DNA of 64,000 nucleotides. It comes from Eledone cirrhosa (taxonomy: Eukaryota). The stretch is taken from contig OZ024743.1 of NCBI GenBank assembly GCA_964016885.1, positions 222,518,001-222,582,000 on the forward strand, given 5' to 3'. This document shows positions 26,035 through 39,599 of the stretch, piece after piece; position 1 is the stretch's first letter, and each line of letters begins with the position of its first letter. The notes under the pieces were generated by a model. The model was not told the origin of the DNA and ran no database searches. It worked only from the letters and a program-made list of their open reading frames with translations. The translations under genes and the position numbers were made by a program.

Positions 26035-26398
26035 TTTTGTTTCTGAATTTGTTTAGCAAGATTCTTTATCTGAAAACGTGTGTTGAAACCGATATTGTTA
26101 TACTTTGGGAGGGTCATGTTGCTAATAAGAAACAAGACAAAAACATGATGGCGTAGGACAGAACAAAGGAGAGGCACAAAACAAAGAAAAGAATCCCCAG
26201 TCACTGAAGAGGTTACAGAATGTGTGACGAAAGAACTTTGACAATATATGAACAACCGTCCGGTTGTAGAACCAACCAACCAACCAGAAATTTATAAATT
26301 CTTAAATTTATAAATTTAATTTATAATAAATTGGAGTGAAAGCAACTGGTGCGTGTGTTTCTTATTGGCAACATGACCCTCCCAAAGTATAACAATAT
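26035..26398. mobile_element. Cassette in (TA)n with 43-bp inverted repeats plus tail; probable Penelope-like remnant
   Basis: 26092-26134 is the reverse complement of 26356-26398 with one mismatch; contains a hammerhead motif. Confidence 0.65.
26200..26242 (+). ncRNA. Minimal type I hammerhead ribozyme motif
   Basis: GTCA CTGAAGA G GTTACA gaatg TGTGAC GAAAG AA CTT^TGAC: intact CUGANGA/GAAA core, 4-bp stem I, 6-bp stem II. Confidence 0.65.
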
Positions 26399-29300
26399 AT
26401 ATATATATATATATATATAGGGTTCATTGAACACGCACATGCTTTCAAAAAAGTACAAAGACAGTGAGGCATGAAGACAATGAAGAAAAGGAAAACAAAA
26501 ACAATGATAAGAACAATGTGAATCCCAACAAGTTTCTAAACAACTGAAAGATGCAGTCAACATTACAATCTTCAAAAGAGGTAACCAAAAAGCCTGTTTG
26601 AGGACACAGAAACACATGGACATCCATACATATACATATATATATTTATACATATCATCATCATCCTTTAACGTCCATTTTACATGCTAGCAAGGGTTGG
26701 GTGAGTTTTCACAATCAGTACTCAAACTGGGCTACAAACCTTTCAGATTGGTTGGAGGTCTGCATTTCTTATATGATTCCACACTCTACTGAGTGCATTT
26801 TATCATAACACCAGCACTAGAAACATAGTTAGGTTTTTGACACAACTGAGGGGCCCTCCGGGGCCCTCCCAACCCTTTGTTTAGCAGGTTTTCTATGGCT
26901 GGTTGCCCTTTCTATCACCAACTATTTTACAGAGTGTACTAGGTATGTTTATTGTGTAGATCAGCAACACAAAGGAGGTTGGCGTGTTTTTGACACAACT
27001 GAAGAATTCGTCCAACTCTTCATTTAGCAAGCTTTCTATGGCTAGATGCCCTTTCTATCACCAACTACTTTACAGTAGCAGGGAACAAATAAAGTTAAAT
27101 GATGATAATGATGACTTTTTATTTACCATATTTCTAATAAAAGACACTACCTATGGTTTAGAAATCATTTCGAAAATAACCAAGAATTTTGAGGGATATA
27201 ACTTTATCATACTTTATCTTAACCCTTACTAGTAGGAAAACAGACATAATGATAATAAACACTTTAACACTTTTGTCACCATATTTAAAATATTTCTAAT
27301 TTGTAAGGATTTAGTAATGTAACTTTTGCATTATTAAGCTGGTATTTGGAATGTAACTTAAAGGTTTTTACATGAAATTATGAGGAAAGGGTTTTAAATA
27401 AATATAAGCACTGTAAAATAAACATGGAGGTGCATGGCCTAGTGGTAAGACTGTTGGTCTTACAACCATAATGTTGTGTGTTTGGTTCCTGGACTGGATT
27501 GTGTGTTATGTTCTTAAGCAAAACACTTCATTCCACATTGCTCCAGTATACTCAGTTGAAAATGAGTACCAACAGCAATAGCTGAGAGTTTAAACCTGTG
27601 ATAGACTGGTGTCCTGTCCAGCAGGGAGTATTGTACTCTCAGTTGCTTCATGCCACAAAAGCTAGGATAAGCCTCCAGGCTCGTGACAGACTTTTGACTG
27701 TAAAATAAACAGCTCAGTATTGTAGAACCTGGGGCAGTTTTTAGGCAGTTTGGTAATAAAAGGATCAATTTAAAAAAAAAAAAAAGAAGCAGAATTCCTC
27801 TGAAGTAATGAAGAACTAAATTTGTTAGAAATGAACCTACCTTCATTTCAAAGAAATTAAAAATAAAAAAAAAAACACAAAACTTACAAAGAACAATAAT
27901 TAAATGGAAGGGAGGAGTAGAATTTTTTTAAATGAATCACCCATTCCTCAAAATGGCACTAAAACCCCTCAGGGGGCAGTACAAAACCATCAACCTATAT
28001 TTCTTTAATGAGATGATATCATCGTTGAAAGCAGCTTCTATTTAATGGTTGTTAGTTTTAGGGAGGTTTCATTTTATTAACTCTTTTGTTATCATATTTC
28101 TAATGAAAGCCACTGCCTATAATTTGAAATATAATCAAGAATTTGGGGGAGGGGTTAGTAATATAATTTGTTTCATTATTAAGCCCTGTCGATTCTTGGG
28201 CTATGATAACCCATTAAACCTATGCAATTATGGAAAGCAGATGTAAAATAATGATGATGTTTGGAACATAACTTAACAAAGGTTCTAACATAAATTTATG
28301 ATGGAAGGGTTTTAGATAAATATAAATACATTAAAATAAGTTTTGTATCACAGAACTAGGGCCAGTTTTGGGCACTTTCAGATTAAAGCAGGGTTTCTTT
28401 ATTGTTTTTGTTTTTTATTTCGTATTTTTGCTTTGTTTGTAGATTTTGTTTGTTTTTGTTTTGGGGTATTTTTGGAGGTGTTTTGTTTTGTGTTTTTTTT
28501 GCTTTTTTTGCTTTTGGAGTTTTGTTTTTATTTTTCTCTTTTTGTGCAGTTGATTTATATTTTTTATCAGTTGAAACACTCAGCAATTTTTACTATTTAG
28601 TGTTAGCTACTGAACTAGTCTCGGGTCTCTCATATACTGCCTTTCATTCTTTGTGCATGAAAATAAATGTGTGTATGTGTATGTTTGCATGTTTGTGTGA
28701 ATGCTTACATGTTTGTGTGTGTGCTTGCATGTGTGAGTGTGTACTTCCATGTGTCTGTGTGCTTGCATGTGTGTGAGTGTGCTTGCGTGTGTATATATAC
28801 TTCCATGATTTCATGAGTATGCTTGCATGTTTCAGTGTTTATTTGTGTGTATGCTTACATGCTTATTTGTATGCTTGCTTATATGTATGTGTGAGTGCGT
28901 ATGTTTGCATGTGAATGTGCGTGGCTCATAACAGTCATATGATATCAACCCTCTTTAGTGAAAGGAGATTGCAATGATGATGAAATCCTCATTACCATCC
29001 TGAAAACAGCAGTGGAATGGCAGAAATAGGTAGAACATCTAACTAAATACTTTTCAATATTTGGTTAGGTTCCTCTTTTAATCTTTTACTTGTTTTAGTC
29101 TTTAGACTATGACCATACTAAGGCCCAGCCTTGAAAAAATGTAGTCTTTAGTCGGTCAAATCAACACCAATATTTATTTAATCAATTTCCTTTTGTTGAA
29201 CCACTAAGTTACAGGACACAAATTAGCAGGAAATACAAACACAGACACAAATACATGTTGGTATATACACACAAATGCATACAAAGATGGACAGACAGAT

Positions 29301-29433
29301 AGACAGAGGGCCCTCCTTTATAATTATACCATGTATCTGAACCTATTCTGCCACCAAATACATATTGAGTACCACCCTCATTTTCAGCCTTCCCACAGTA
29401 TTCAAACCATAAATAGTCTATATATCATCATTA

Positions 29434-29549
29434 TTGAGTTCAAATCCCGTCGAGGTTAACTTTGCCTTTCATCCTTACGGGGTCGATAAAATAAAGTACC
29501 AGTAATGCACTGGGTATTTGCTGGCCTTACGCCAATAGTAGAAACAATT
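29434..29549 (+). mobile_element. SINE A, 5'-truncated
   Basis: Family match, (tta)n tail. Confidence 0.88.
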
Positions 29550-29968
29550 ATTATTATTATTTAACATCCACAATTTCACTTATAAGACATTGGTCAACAT
29601 GAGCCTATAGTAGAAGACACTTGTCCAACTGCCATTCTGTGGGACTGAACCCCAAACCATGAGGTTGTGAAACAAGCTCATTAACCACACAGCTATGCAG
29701 TGTGGAGATTTGTTGATCACTGTGTATAGCAGAGGTTAGCTGTGCCAAAGAAACAACAATTTTTATTACAGAATATTCCTCCTATATTCATAACCATGAA
29801 ATTACTCAGGAAGTACAAAACCAGTGGAATTGGTTACATTCCTTGTGTGCTGGAGGGAACATATATATACACATATAATAATAATAATAATGAAATATTG
29901 TGTACAGTGCTCAGGTGCACTACAACTCATAAACACACACACTCACATACACATATAATAATAATAAT

Positions 29969-30157
29969 AATTGTTTCTACTTTTGGCACCAGGCCAGCAT
30001 TTATCCCAGTGCATTACTGGTACTTTATTTTATCGACCCCGTAAGGATGAAAGGCAAAGTTAACCTCGGCGGGATTTGAACTCAGATCGTAAAGGGCGGT
30101 AACTCTATGCTTCAAAGCATGCCGCCCGACCCTCTACCAATACTGCCAATCCACCGC
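29969..30157 (-). mobile_element. SINE family A, full length
   Basis: Family match; flanked by long direct repeat. Confidence 0.92.
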
Positions 30158-30877
30158 GAAATATTGTGTACAGTGCTCAGGTGCACTACAACTCATCAAC
30201 AGACACACACTCACATACACACATATATATATATATATATATACACATATTTATATATTATCATCATCATTTAACATCTGCTTTACCTGCTGTGTGTGTT
30301 TGTATATGTATATATATATATAAGCAAAAAAGTGTTGGTAAAATCGAGTACTTCAGTATGCGGATAGGGAGCACTCAACGAAGATATAAATTCCGGAGTT
30401 ATAATAGTGACGAAACATAAGTCAAGTGTATGAACACTCATATATATATATCCTTTCTTTTACTGGTTTCTGTCATTAAACTGTGGCCATGCTAGGGCAC
30501 CACTTGGATTTAGTCAATCATATCAATCCCAATCCTTTTCCTTTTGAAGTTTGGTACTTATTTCATTGATCTCATTTTGTCAGACTGCTAAGTTTTGGAA
30601 AATAAACAAAGACGCAGGCACAAACGTAAACATAGAGACATACATGCACACAAATCCATGCAAGCAGGGAAAAACAGACAATAACGGCAGTGGTGGTGAC
30701 AATGACAGCAGCGGTGGTCACGATGACAACTGTTTTTCATGACATCCATGTATACCATGTTTCTGTAGTTTCCATCTGCCAAATTCCACTAACAAGACAT
30801 TGGTTAACCCCAAGTTATAGTAGAAGAAACTTGCCCAAGAACTAAATCCAGGACCACTTGGTTGGGAAGTAAACTCC

Positions 30878-31105
30878 TTAACCCTTTAGCATTTATATTA
30901 CTCTATATTTACTATTATATTTTCATGGTAAAGGCTTTACTTCACATAATATCTCACATAATATCTAATCTATGAGATTTTGATATTATTTATTTTGAGA
31001 ACAATACATTAACATCAGTATGAGTGGCCAGTTAAAGCCGGTTTGAACAGAAAGAGTTGAGAGAATTCTGGCTGGATACAGCTGGTTTAAAAGCTAAAGG
31101 GTTAA
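30878..31105 (-). mobile_element. piggyBac-type MITE family 1 inserted in the TTAA of an older SINE
   Basis: TIRs and TTAA; host SINE sequence resumes after 31105. Confidence 0.9.
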
Positions 31106-32313
31106 ATACACCGCCAAGCTGCTAGTTACTGTTGCTGCTAATTCTGAAATTCCTAGAGAAAAGGGACCAGGGGAAAAAAGTTCTTAAAAAATGTAAGGAA
31201 TAGGGTTTCCATTTTCCCATAACACTCCACAAATATTCCTTGGTTTTCAAATGTTTCTTGTAATTGGCTGGCACCAGCTACCATCCTCCCCACTCCCCAT
31301 CCCAACTTATACTACCATGGCTGGTACCAGCTACCATCCTCTCCCATCAACATCCCAATCACAACTTGTACTACAGACTGACATCATCTTAGCTAGCTTC
31401 ATTCTTCTACTAAAATGTTCAAACTATTGGCTGGCTCTTCCTAAATTTTCCAGTTGATTACTCCCAAATCATCATCATCATCATCACCTCACAACCATTA
31501 ACATGGTTGTCATCATTACCACTACCACCAACACCCTCATCACCACTTCCAAAACCAATACTACAACCACTACCACCACCTTACACCGCCACCACTACAG
31601 CCATCACTATGAAGTTTTATAGAAGCAGAGTAGTATAGAAGCCTAACTTAGCATGATAAAGTAAAACAATATAGTTAAGTGTGGAAAGAGGAAGGGGTGG
31701 TTAAGATAATTAATGTAGTGGGGCAATTTAGTACATTAGTAACTACTTAACTATATATTCTTCATTAAGAAAGCGATTCTGTTGAAACTTTCCCAAGTCA
31801 TTATATTAAATTGTCCAAGTACAGGCATGGCTGTGTAGTTAAGGAATTTGCTTCACAACCACATGACTTGGGGTTCAATCCCACTTTATGACACATTTGG
31901 CAAGTGTCAATATAGCTACTAGAGCTTCAGGTTGACTAGTGCCATGTGAACAAAATTTGGTAGACAGAAAGACAGAAACTGTGTAGAAGCCTATGATTTA
32001 TATATACATATGTATGTGTGTGTATATATATATATATCAAATTTAATATAGAAATGGCTTCTACAGGACTAGAACTGTTTCATTCAAACAGGAGCGAGCT
32101 ACTGATCTCCCAAACAGGCCAAGGGGTCTGTATCTAGCTTACATACGGTAATATCAAGCGCATAGTGTGTGTGTGTGTATTTATGTGTATCTGTGATTAC
32201 AATAACTGTTTGATTATTTCCTGTAACTTAGCAATTCCCCAAAAAGATATCGATAAAATACGTACAAGACCTGATGTATGATAATGAAATTTGAACTATA
32301 TATTATATCATCA

Positions 32314-32491
32314 TTGGCAGTATCGGTAGAGGGTCAAACGCCATGCTTTGACACAGAGTTACGGCCCTTGCCATTCTGAGTTCAAATCCCGCCGAGGTTA
32401 CTTTGCCTTTCATCCTTACAGGGTCGATAAAATAAAGTACCAGTAATACACTGGGATAATTGCTGGCCTTGTGCCAATAGTAGAAACAATT
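32314..32491 (+). mobile_element. SINE family A
   Basis: Family match. Confidence 0.92.
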
Positions 32492-32775
32492 ATATATATT
32501 AATTATATATATATATATCATAATTATATATTAAAGACTTTCCTTCATAATTTTATTTAAGAAATTTTATTAAGTAATACTCCAAACTTCAGTTTACTAA
32601 TGAAAAAGCCAGTTGTATTAAATTCCTCCAATTCTTTTTTTTTATTATTATTTTAAAAATACAATGAAACAAAGAGTGTTAGAGGAGTTAATCCGTCTAT
32701 TATAATGGTTTCTATCCTTAAAACATGTCCAACACTCTACCGATTCTGCCAATCCATTGCCCTCTCTCTAATAAT

Positions 32776-33150
32776 AATTGTTTCTACTTTTAGCACAAGA
32801 CCAGCAATTACACCAGCGTATTACTGGTACTTTATTTTATCGACCCCGTAAGGATGAAAGACAAAGTTAACCTCGGCGGGATTTGAACTCAGACCATAAA
32901 GGGCCGTAACTCTTTGCTGCAAAGCATGGCATCAGACCCTATACAAATACTGCCAATGCACATGGCTTCTAATTTAGGCACAAAACCAACAATTTTGGTG
33001 GGAGGGGAAAGTTGACTTTATTTTATCAACCCCGTAAGGATGAAAGACAAAGCTAACCACTGGGGGGTTTTGAACTCAGAACGTAAAGGGATGTAACTAT
33101 GCAGCAAAGCATGTTCGATGCTATACCAATTACTGCCAATTCCCCACCCT
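32776..33150 (-). mobile_element. SINE A (32776-32957) followed by an older SINE A variant
   Basis: Family match. Confidence 0.85.
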
Positions 33151-33321
33151 TAACCTTTCTATAATAATGGGCTGTAGATTATAAAGTGGTTTGTTGATTC
33201 CCATATATAATATATTCATTTGTTCACTGACATAGTTTTCAATTCCTCAGTTAAAACAAATCAAGTATTTTCTTACTTCCATTTCACTATCCTTTCAAGC
33301 AACCTTTTTAATTCACCAATG

Positions 33322-33685
33322 TTTTATTGACGGGCAGAAGGAGGGGGTGGTCTTCAATTATTAATGGTCTTCAATTATTAATCCCACCACTACCACCCCA
33401 TTCTTTGCTTATTGAGAGGAGGGTCTTCATCCCAATCTTTTTTGCTTATTGAGGGGTGGGTGGGTCTTTATTTTCCCCCACCCTCACTTCGTTTTTTACT
33501 TATTGAGGGGGGTGATGTCTTGAATTACTATTCCCCACGCTCACCTTGTTTTTTTTTTTGCTTATTGAGGAGGAAAGTGTCTTAAATTAGTTCCCCCATC
33601 TCGTTGTTTTGCTCATTGACGGGGGGGGGGGGGGGGGGCTTCCATTATAATCCCTCCACCCTACCCCTTTTAGTTTTGCTTATCT
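33322..33685. repeat. Degenerate ~55-60-bp tandem repeat
   Basis: Recurrent ttgcttattgaggggg..gtcttcaattat..cccc. Confidence 0.7.
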
Positions 33686-33985
33686 TTAAGTTGCAGAACT
33701 AAAATCTAAATCTAATGTAAGAAACTATACTAAACAGTCAAATAACTAAGAAATATGTTTCTCATAATTTTATAATAATAAATTTATCATTTCTTTGGGC
33801 TGTATTTTTTTTTATTTATTTACTATAAATGTCGAGTTGTTTTTGTTTTGTTTGTATTTATTTTTCCGATTTACATTGTTAACTGTGTTATGAGAATAAA
33901 TATTTCAAAACTATTTCGAAGTGTTCTGAGTCCGTGTGATTGTTTGAAACAAGGCCATTGCTTAATTACGGCCAAGACTATGGGG

Positions 33986-34263
33986 CACAGTTTCTCAACC
34001 GGTGTTCCCGGGACCCTCTTGTTCCACGAGAAATAGTGATAAATAAGCTTTTTGTATAATTTTACGTTCGTAATCTTACTGTACACGTACGGCATATTGT
34101 TGGTAAATCCTTGGTTATTACAATAAAGGCTTCAACCTCTTATATTATTTAAAACTAGGTCGTTACCCGTCGATGGTATATAATAAGCTTTTGTGCAGGG
34201 GTTCCCTAAGACATAAAAACCATTTCAAGGGTTCCACAAGGGTAAAAAGGTTGAGAAATGCTG
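33986..34263. mobile_element. hAT (Charlie-like) MITE
   Basis: TIRs cacagtttctcaacc / ggttgagaaatgctg; 8-bp TSD ctat(g/a)ggg. Confidence 0.8.
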
Positions 34264-34914
34264 CTATAGGGCATCCATTATTCTCTAAGTATAAACATTT
34301 ATCTCTTCTGATTATTATCACTGTATAACAAATTGTTGGGGTAGGGGTTAATTGTAGTCGAGTGTGAGTTCGTGGGAAAATATAATTTATATAAAAGGGA
34401 TCCTTGAGAGAGAATAGATTGGGAACTACAGCTTTAGAGTTAAATGGTCGGAATTTAAGGACTATTGTTATAAAAGAGAAGACATGAAAGAAAGGAAAAT
34501 GAGGTGTAGACTATAGTGATGAATCTAAATATTTAATCTGATATATTTGTTATATGATAGAAAAAAAGAGAGATGTAAAAGCAACAACAACAAAAAGTAA
34601 TAAACGGGAGAGAATATTTGTTTTTGAAAAGCTGTATGATCAAAGAACTTATATAAATATATAAAGTAAATAGTTGTATGAAGGGTAAATGTGAGAAAAT
34701 AATAGAAAACAAAAGAGAGAGAAGGGTAAAAAACAAAATATGATCGAGAGAAGAAAACATGAGAGAGAAGGGATATGGTAAGAATATAACGAGAGAGAGG
34801 CCTGAGCAAATGAGAGAGAGCGTGATAAAGACATTGTAAAAGGGAGAGAGTGCGGTAGGGACAGGATGAGAGAGAGTGTGATATAGACATAATAAAAAGG
34901 AGAAAGAGAAAGAG

Positions 34915-34965
34915 TGTGTGTGTGAGAGAGAGAGAGAGAGAATGGTAGGGAGAGACTGTGAGAGA

Positions 34966-35032
<67 letters not shown>

Positions 35033-35065
35033 GTAGGGAGAGACTGTGTGAGAGAGAGAGAGAGA
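34915..35065. repeat. (GA)n microsatellite
   Basis: Direct; another at 39193-39339. Confidence 0.95.
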
Positions 35066-35460
35066 TGTGGAAAGCAGAGAGTATAAAGATAGAAAGAGAA
35101 AAGGAGGGGCAAAAAGAAAGCAAGAGTGGGTGAGAGTTGAGTAGCAAAAAGAAATAGAAAAAAAGAATTTGATAATTATACTACTCTCACCACTCCTCCA
35201 CCCTCTCTTTAAATCACATTTACCAAAGAGATGAGAACAATGATTTCAGAAATCCTTTTTTTTTCAGAGTAGTGTCCTACTTTATGACATTTGCTTGATA
35301 ATTTTGGTCAAACACTACAGAGAACTTGTTACCTTCATAGCACAATGAAGGTTGCAAAGTGCTTGGCATAACAGTTAATGTGTTCGGCTCACAATCAGAA
35401 AGTTGTGAGTTCGATATCCAAGAATGTGCAGTGAGTTGTGTCTGATTCCCAAACCAGGCA

Positions 35461-36279
35461 GCACATTGTGTCCTTTAGTACAACACATTGTATCCTTTAG
35501 TACGGCACAGTACGGCACATTGTGTCCTTTAGTACAACACATTGTATCCTTTAGTACGGCACAGTACGGCACATTGTGTCCTTTAGTGCAACACATTGTA
35601 TCCTTTAGTACGGCACATTGTGTCCTTTAGTACAACACATTGTATCCTTTAGTACGGCACAGTACGGCACATTGTGTCCTTTAGTACAACACATTGTATC
35701 CTTTAGTACGGCACAGTACGGCACATTGTGTCCTTTAGTGCAACACATTGTATCCTTTAGTACGGCACAGTACGGCACATTGTGTCCTTTAGTACAACAC
35801 ATTGTATCCTTTAGTACGGCACAGTACGGCACATTGTGTCCTTTAGTACAGCACATTGTATCCTTTAGTACGGCACAGTACGGCACATTGTGTCCTTTAG
35901 TACAGCACATTGTATCCTTTAGTACGGCACAGTACGGCACATTGTGTCCTTTAGTACAACACATTGTATCCTTTAGTACGGCACAGTACGGCACATTGTG
36001 TCCTTTAGTACAGCACATTGTATCCTTTAGTACGGCACATTGTGTCCTTTAGTACAACACATTGTATCCTTTAGTACGGCACAGTACGGCACATTGTGTC
36101 CTTTAGTGCAACACATTGTATCCTTTAGTACGGCACAGTACGGCACATTGTGTCCTTTAGTACAACACATTGTATCCTTTAGTACGGCACAGTACGGCAC
36201 ATTGTGTCCTTTAGTGCAACACATTGTATCCTTTAGTACGGCACAGTACGGCACATTGTGTCCTTTAGTACAGCACATT
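35461..36279. repeat. 54-bp minisatellite (22+22+10 subunits), ~15 copies, expanded inside a CORE-type SINE
   Basis: Near-identical units gcacattgtgtcctttagtaca-acacattgtatcctttagtacg-gcacagtacg; SINE head at ~35365-35460, SINE body resumes at 36280. Confidence 0.95.
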
Positions 36280-36900
36280 ATTTCTTGTTGCTCCAGCTCA
36301 TACAGCCGGAAAAAAAAATGAGTTGTGACATGTATTTCAAAGGGGCCAGCCTAGTAACACATTGTAAATCTCCCTCAGAACTACATTAAGAGTACACGTG
36401 TCTGTGGAATGCTTAGTCATTGCACAAGCAGGCTATTCCTTTGTTCGAACAACAGGAACACTCTTCATTGAAATAAACGTAGGTCTAACTACAACCACAA
36501 GAACAGTTGAGTGTTATTTTTGTGATACAAGGACAAGCAGGTAAATTTACTGAGTCATTAGAACATTAAATTTGATACTTCCATATTTGTTCTGGTCAGC
36601 TGTGCTTTCAGTTCAAATCCTACTGAGATTAACTTCACTTTTTATCCTTTTAGTGTTGATAAATAATGAATTTTAATTCAGAACAAAGAACTAGAACAAG
36701 TACTACAAAGGTATCTGATACTGTACAAATTTTGGCAATCTTTCTCTAAAAAATTGAACTCCTTTTGAAATTCAAAACTTCGATAAACAATATTTACATT
36801 GTCAATGTACTAGTAATATAACTAACTTGTTCATTATACTTGGGTAAATGTATATGTGGTGTGGTAAGTAAATATATACATATATATTAGGTCTGAACAT

Positions 36901-37082
36901 AATTGTTTCTACTTTAGGCACAAGGCCAGCAATTACCCAGTTCATTACTGGTACTTTATTTTATCGACCCCGTAAGGATGAAAGGCAAAGTCAACCTCGG
37001 CGGGATTTGAACTCAGATCGTAAAGGGACGTAACTATGCTGGAAAGCATGGCGTCCGACCCTCTACCGATACTGCCAATCCA
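36901..37082 (-). mobile_element. SINE family A
   Basis: Family match; TSD gaacataat. Confidence 0.93.
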
Positions 37083-38170
37083 GAACATAATGGAATCAAA
37101 TTCCCATTGTCACTGTCTTGCTCACTCTCCCCTTCTCACTATTATAAGCAAATGGGGGCCCACGCGCTGCCACCCCGCAGCCCAAGCAGACAGAATGGAG
37201 GATGGTGATGAAGACACATTATGGATTAGATTGTGTCATCTCGTCTGCAAAAACAATTTTGGTAAACACCTAACTGGCAGAGTAAAAATATTACAACTAT
37301 GAAAAATGACATAACAATAACCAATTTTTAATAAAATTAAAAGTAACTCTCTGATCACTTCAAACACTTGTGGTCTTTATAAAATCCGTCTGGTGGGTAT
37401 GACAGGAACCAGAAATCGAAGATGCTTCAATGGTAGAACTCAATGCAATAACAATGAGGAAATATGTGAAGGAGCACGACTTCGTGGTTAGGATGTTCAG
37501 CTCATGATTGTAATATTGTGGGTTTGATTCCGAGACCAGGCATCACACTGTGTCCTTTAGTAAGACACTTTATTTTATGTTGCTCCAGTCCAAGCTGGAA
37601 AAATGTGTTGTGATATCACTCGTGCCAAGTTGTATTAGCCTTTACCTTCTCCTTGGACAACATCAGAGGTGCCTGCTGGTCATCCATAAATGACACCTTG
37701 TCCAGATTTGCACATTAGAGAGGAAATTTCCTGATACGAACCCATGACTAATCATAACCAAAGTGGGCCTTTATATATAGTTTTATGTTCATGGTGGTTC
37801 ATAATCTGCTGTAAGTAAAAATAACATCATCATCATCATCATCACCATTTAACATCCATTTTTCCATGCTAGCATGAGTTAAACAAGTTGTCCCGTTGTG
37901 AAACAAGTCAGATCAGATGACCATGTCTTGCTCACACAGAACTGTTTCTGGCTTGGTTTCTATGACTGGATGCCCTTCCTAACACCAACCACATTTACAG
38001 TTAATAATAAACCAATTCTAGCAATCCACCAATCCAGTAGTGAAGTAGGCAATACATCAATCTCATAACCCAAACACGAGTGCTAATAATAATAGTTTTT
38101 AATTTAAGCAAAGCGCCAACAATTTGTGGAGTAGAAAAAGTCAATTACATAGACCCTAATACATCACTGG

Positions 38171-38424
38171 CAGGGCTGGATTTAATGGGGGGCAAAAGGG
38201 GCAATTGCCCCGGACCCCTTGCAGTGACCAGTGACAGCTGTAGCAATTTATTTGTGCCCTCAGCTGGGCTTTTAAGTTTTAGGGTGGTTAGAATTTTTTA
38301 TTTGATACTTTGATATGCAAAATTGGGAGGTATTGGGAGGTTTGCTACGTATTCTAATTGTTTGTGTATTGGGTACCCCCAAACCTGAAGTGCCCTGGAT
38401 CCCCAAGTTCTAAATCCAACCCTG
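38171..38424. mobile_element. hAT-type MITE inserted in an old SINE A variant
   Basis: TIRs cagggctggattta / taaatccaaccctg; perfect 8-bp TSD atcactgg. Confidence 0.88.
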
Positions 38425-38986
38425 ATCACTGGTACCTTATTTTATTGATACTGAGTGGATGAAAGGCAAAGTTGACCCCAGCTGGATTTGAACTCAGACC
38501 GCAAAGCGTTGTAACTAAATGTTGCAAAAAATGTTGTCTGATGCTCTACTGATTCTGTCAATCCAAGATAACAACGAAGAACAAGTGTGTATTTATGGCT
38601 GTACACAACATGAATATGAGCTATCATCTGTAACATTACAAGGAGTTAAGTGTTGGTTGTTAAGGCTTCAGTTTCCACATTTGTGACACTAGGAAACTTC
38701 AGTCATAACTATATAAACCAAATCTAAAGTATCTCTAATTCTTCTGACTAGATATAAACAGTAAATATAGTAAAGACTGGAAGAAAAAAGAAATTAAAGA
38801 GGAAGGCGGGGTATTAAAGTAGAAAGAAGGAGGGGTATTTGCTTCAACCTGCCCTACCCGCTCTCCCAAACTAAACAACTAACCAAGTTGATAAGAGTAA
38901 GAACAAAGGACATTTTATGAAGGGTTGACCATCCTGCAACCATTACGCACACACAAATTATATGTGTCTGCTTATATGTATGTGCT

Positions 38987-39168
38987 GGAGGGTAGGCTGA
39001 AAAGTTAATTGGCTGACTAAGATACTCTCATGAAATGACCTAATGAGGTTTATTTTTCAACATAGTCTCTGGAAAGAAATAATTCAGTAGTTAATAAGAG
39101 TTGAAATTAATGCATGCAAGATTTCACAGCACTAGCATCATTCCTATGAGCTTTTCAGACTAGCCTTG
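38987..39168. mobile_element. Mariner-type MITE
   Basis: Homologous to 13965-14162 and 60137-60332. Confidence 0.75.
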
Positions 39169-39189
39169 TGTGTGTGTGTATGTATATAT

Positions 39190-39342
<153 letters not shown>

Positions 39343-39599
39343 GGTAGTTTGCAAATGGTATTTATAACCAAAGTGAAAATCAGGTGTCAGTAGGGATAAA
39401 GAGGAAAGGAAATGTAAAAAGAAATGTGAAATGAAATGAAAACCAGAGATGAAGTTACATTGGAATGGATTTATTGGTCCCTATATTTCAGATTTCATAT
39501 CCATTGTCAGAGGATTCTGAAAGGAACTTCGGAGGTTTGTTGGAAAAGAATCTACATGACTGTTTGTTACTACTGTTGGTGTCAAACTGACACTAGCAA

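Noticed and set aside
35461-36279. CRISPR-like array or repeat-protein ORFs
   Set aside because: No unique spacers, no cas genes, eukaryotic context; the ORFs are translations of a 54-bp VNTR.
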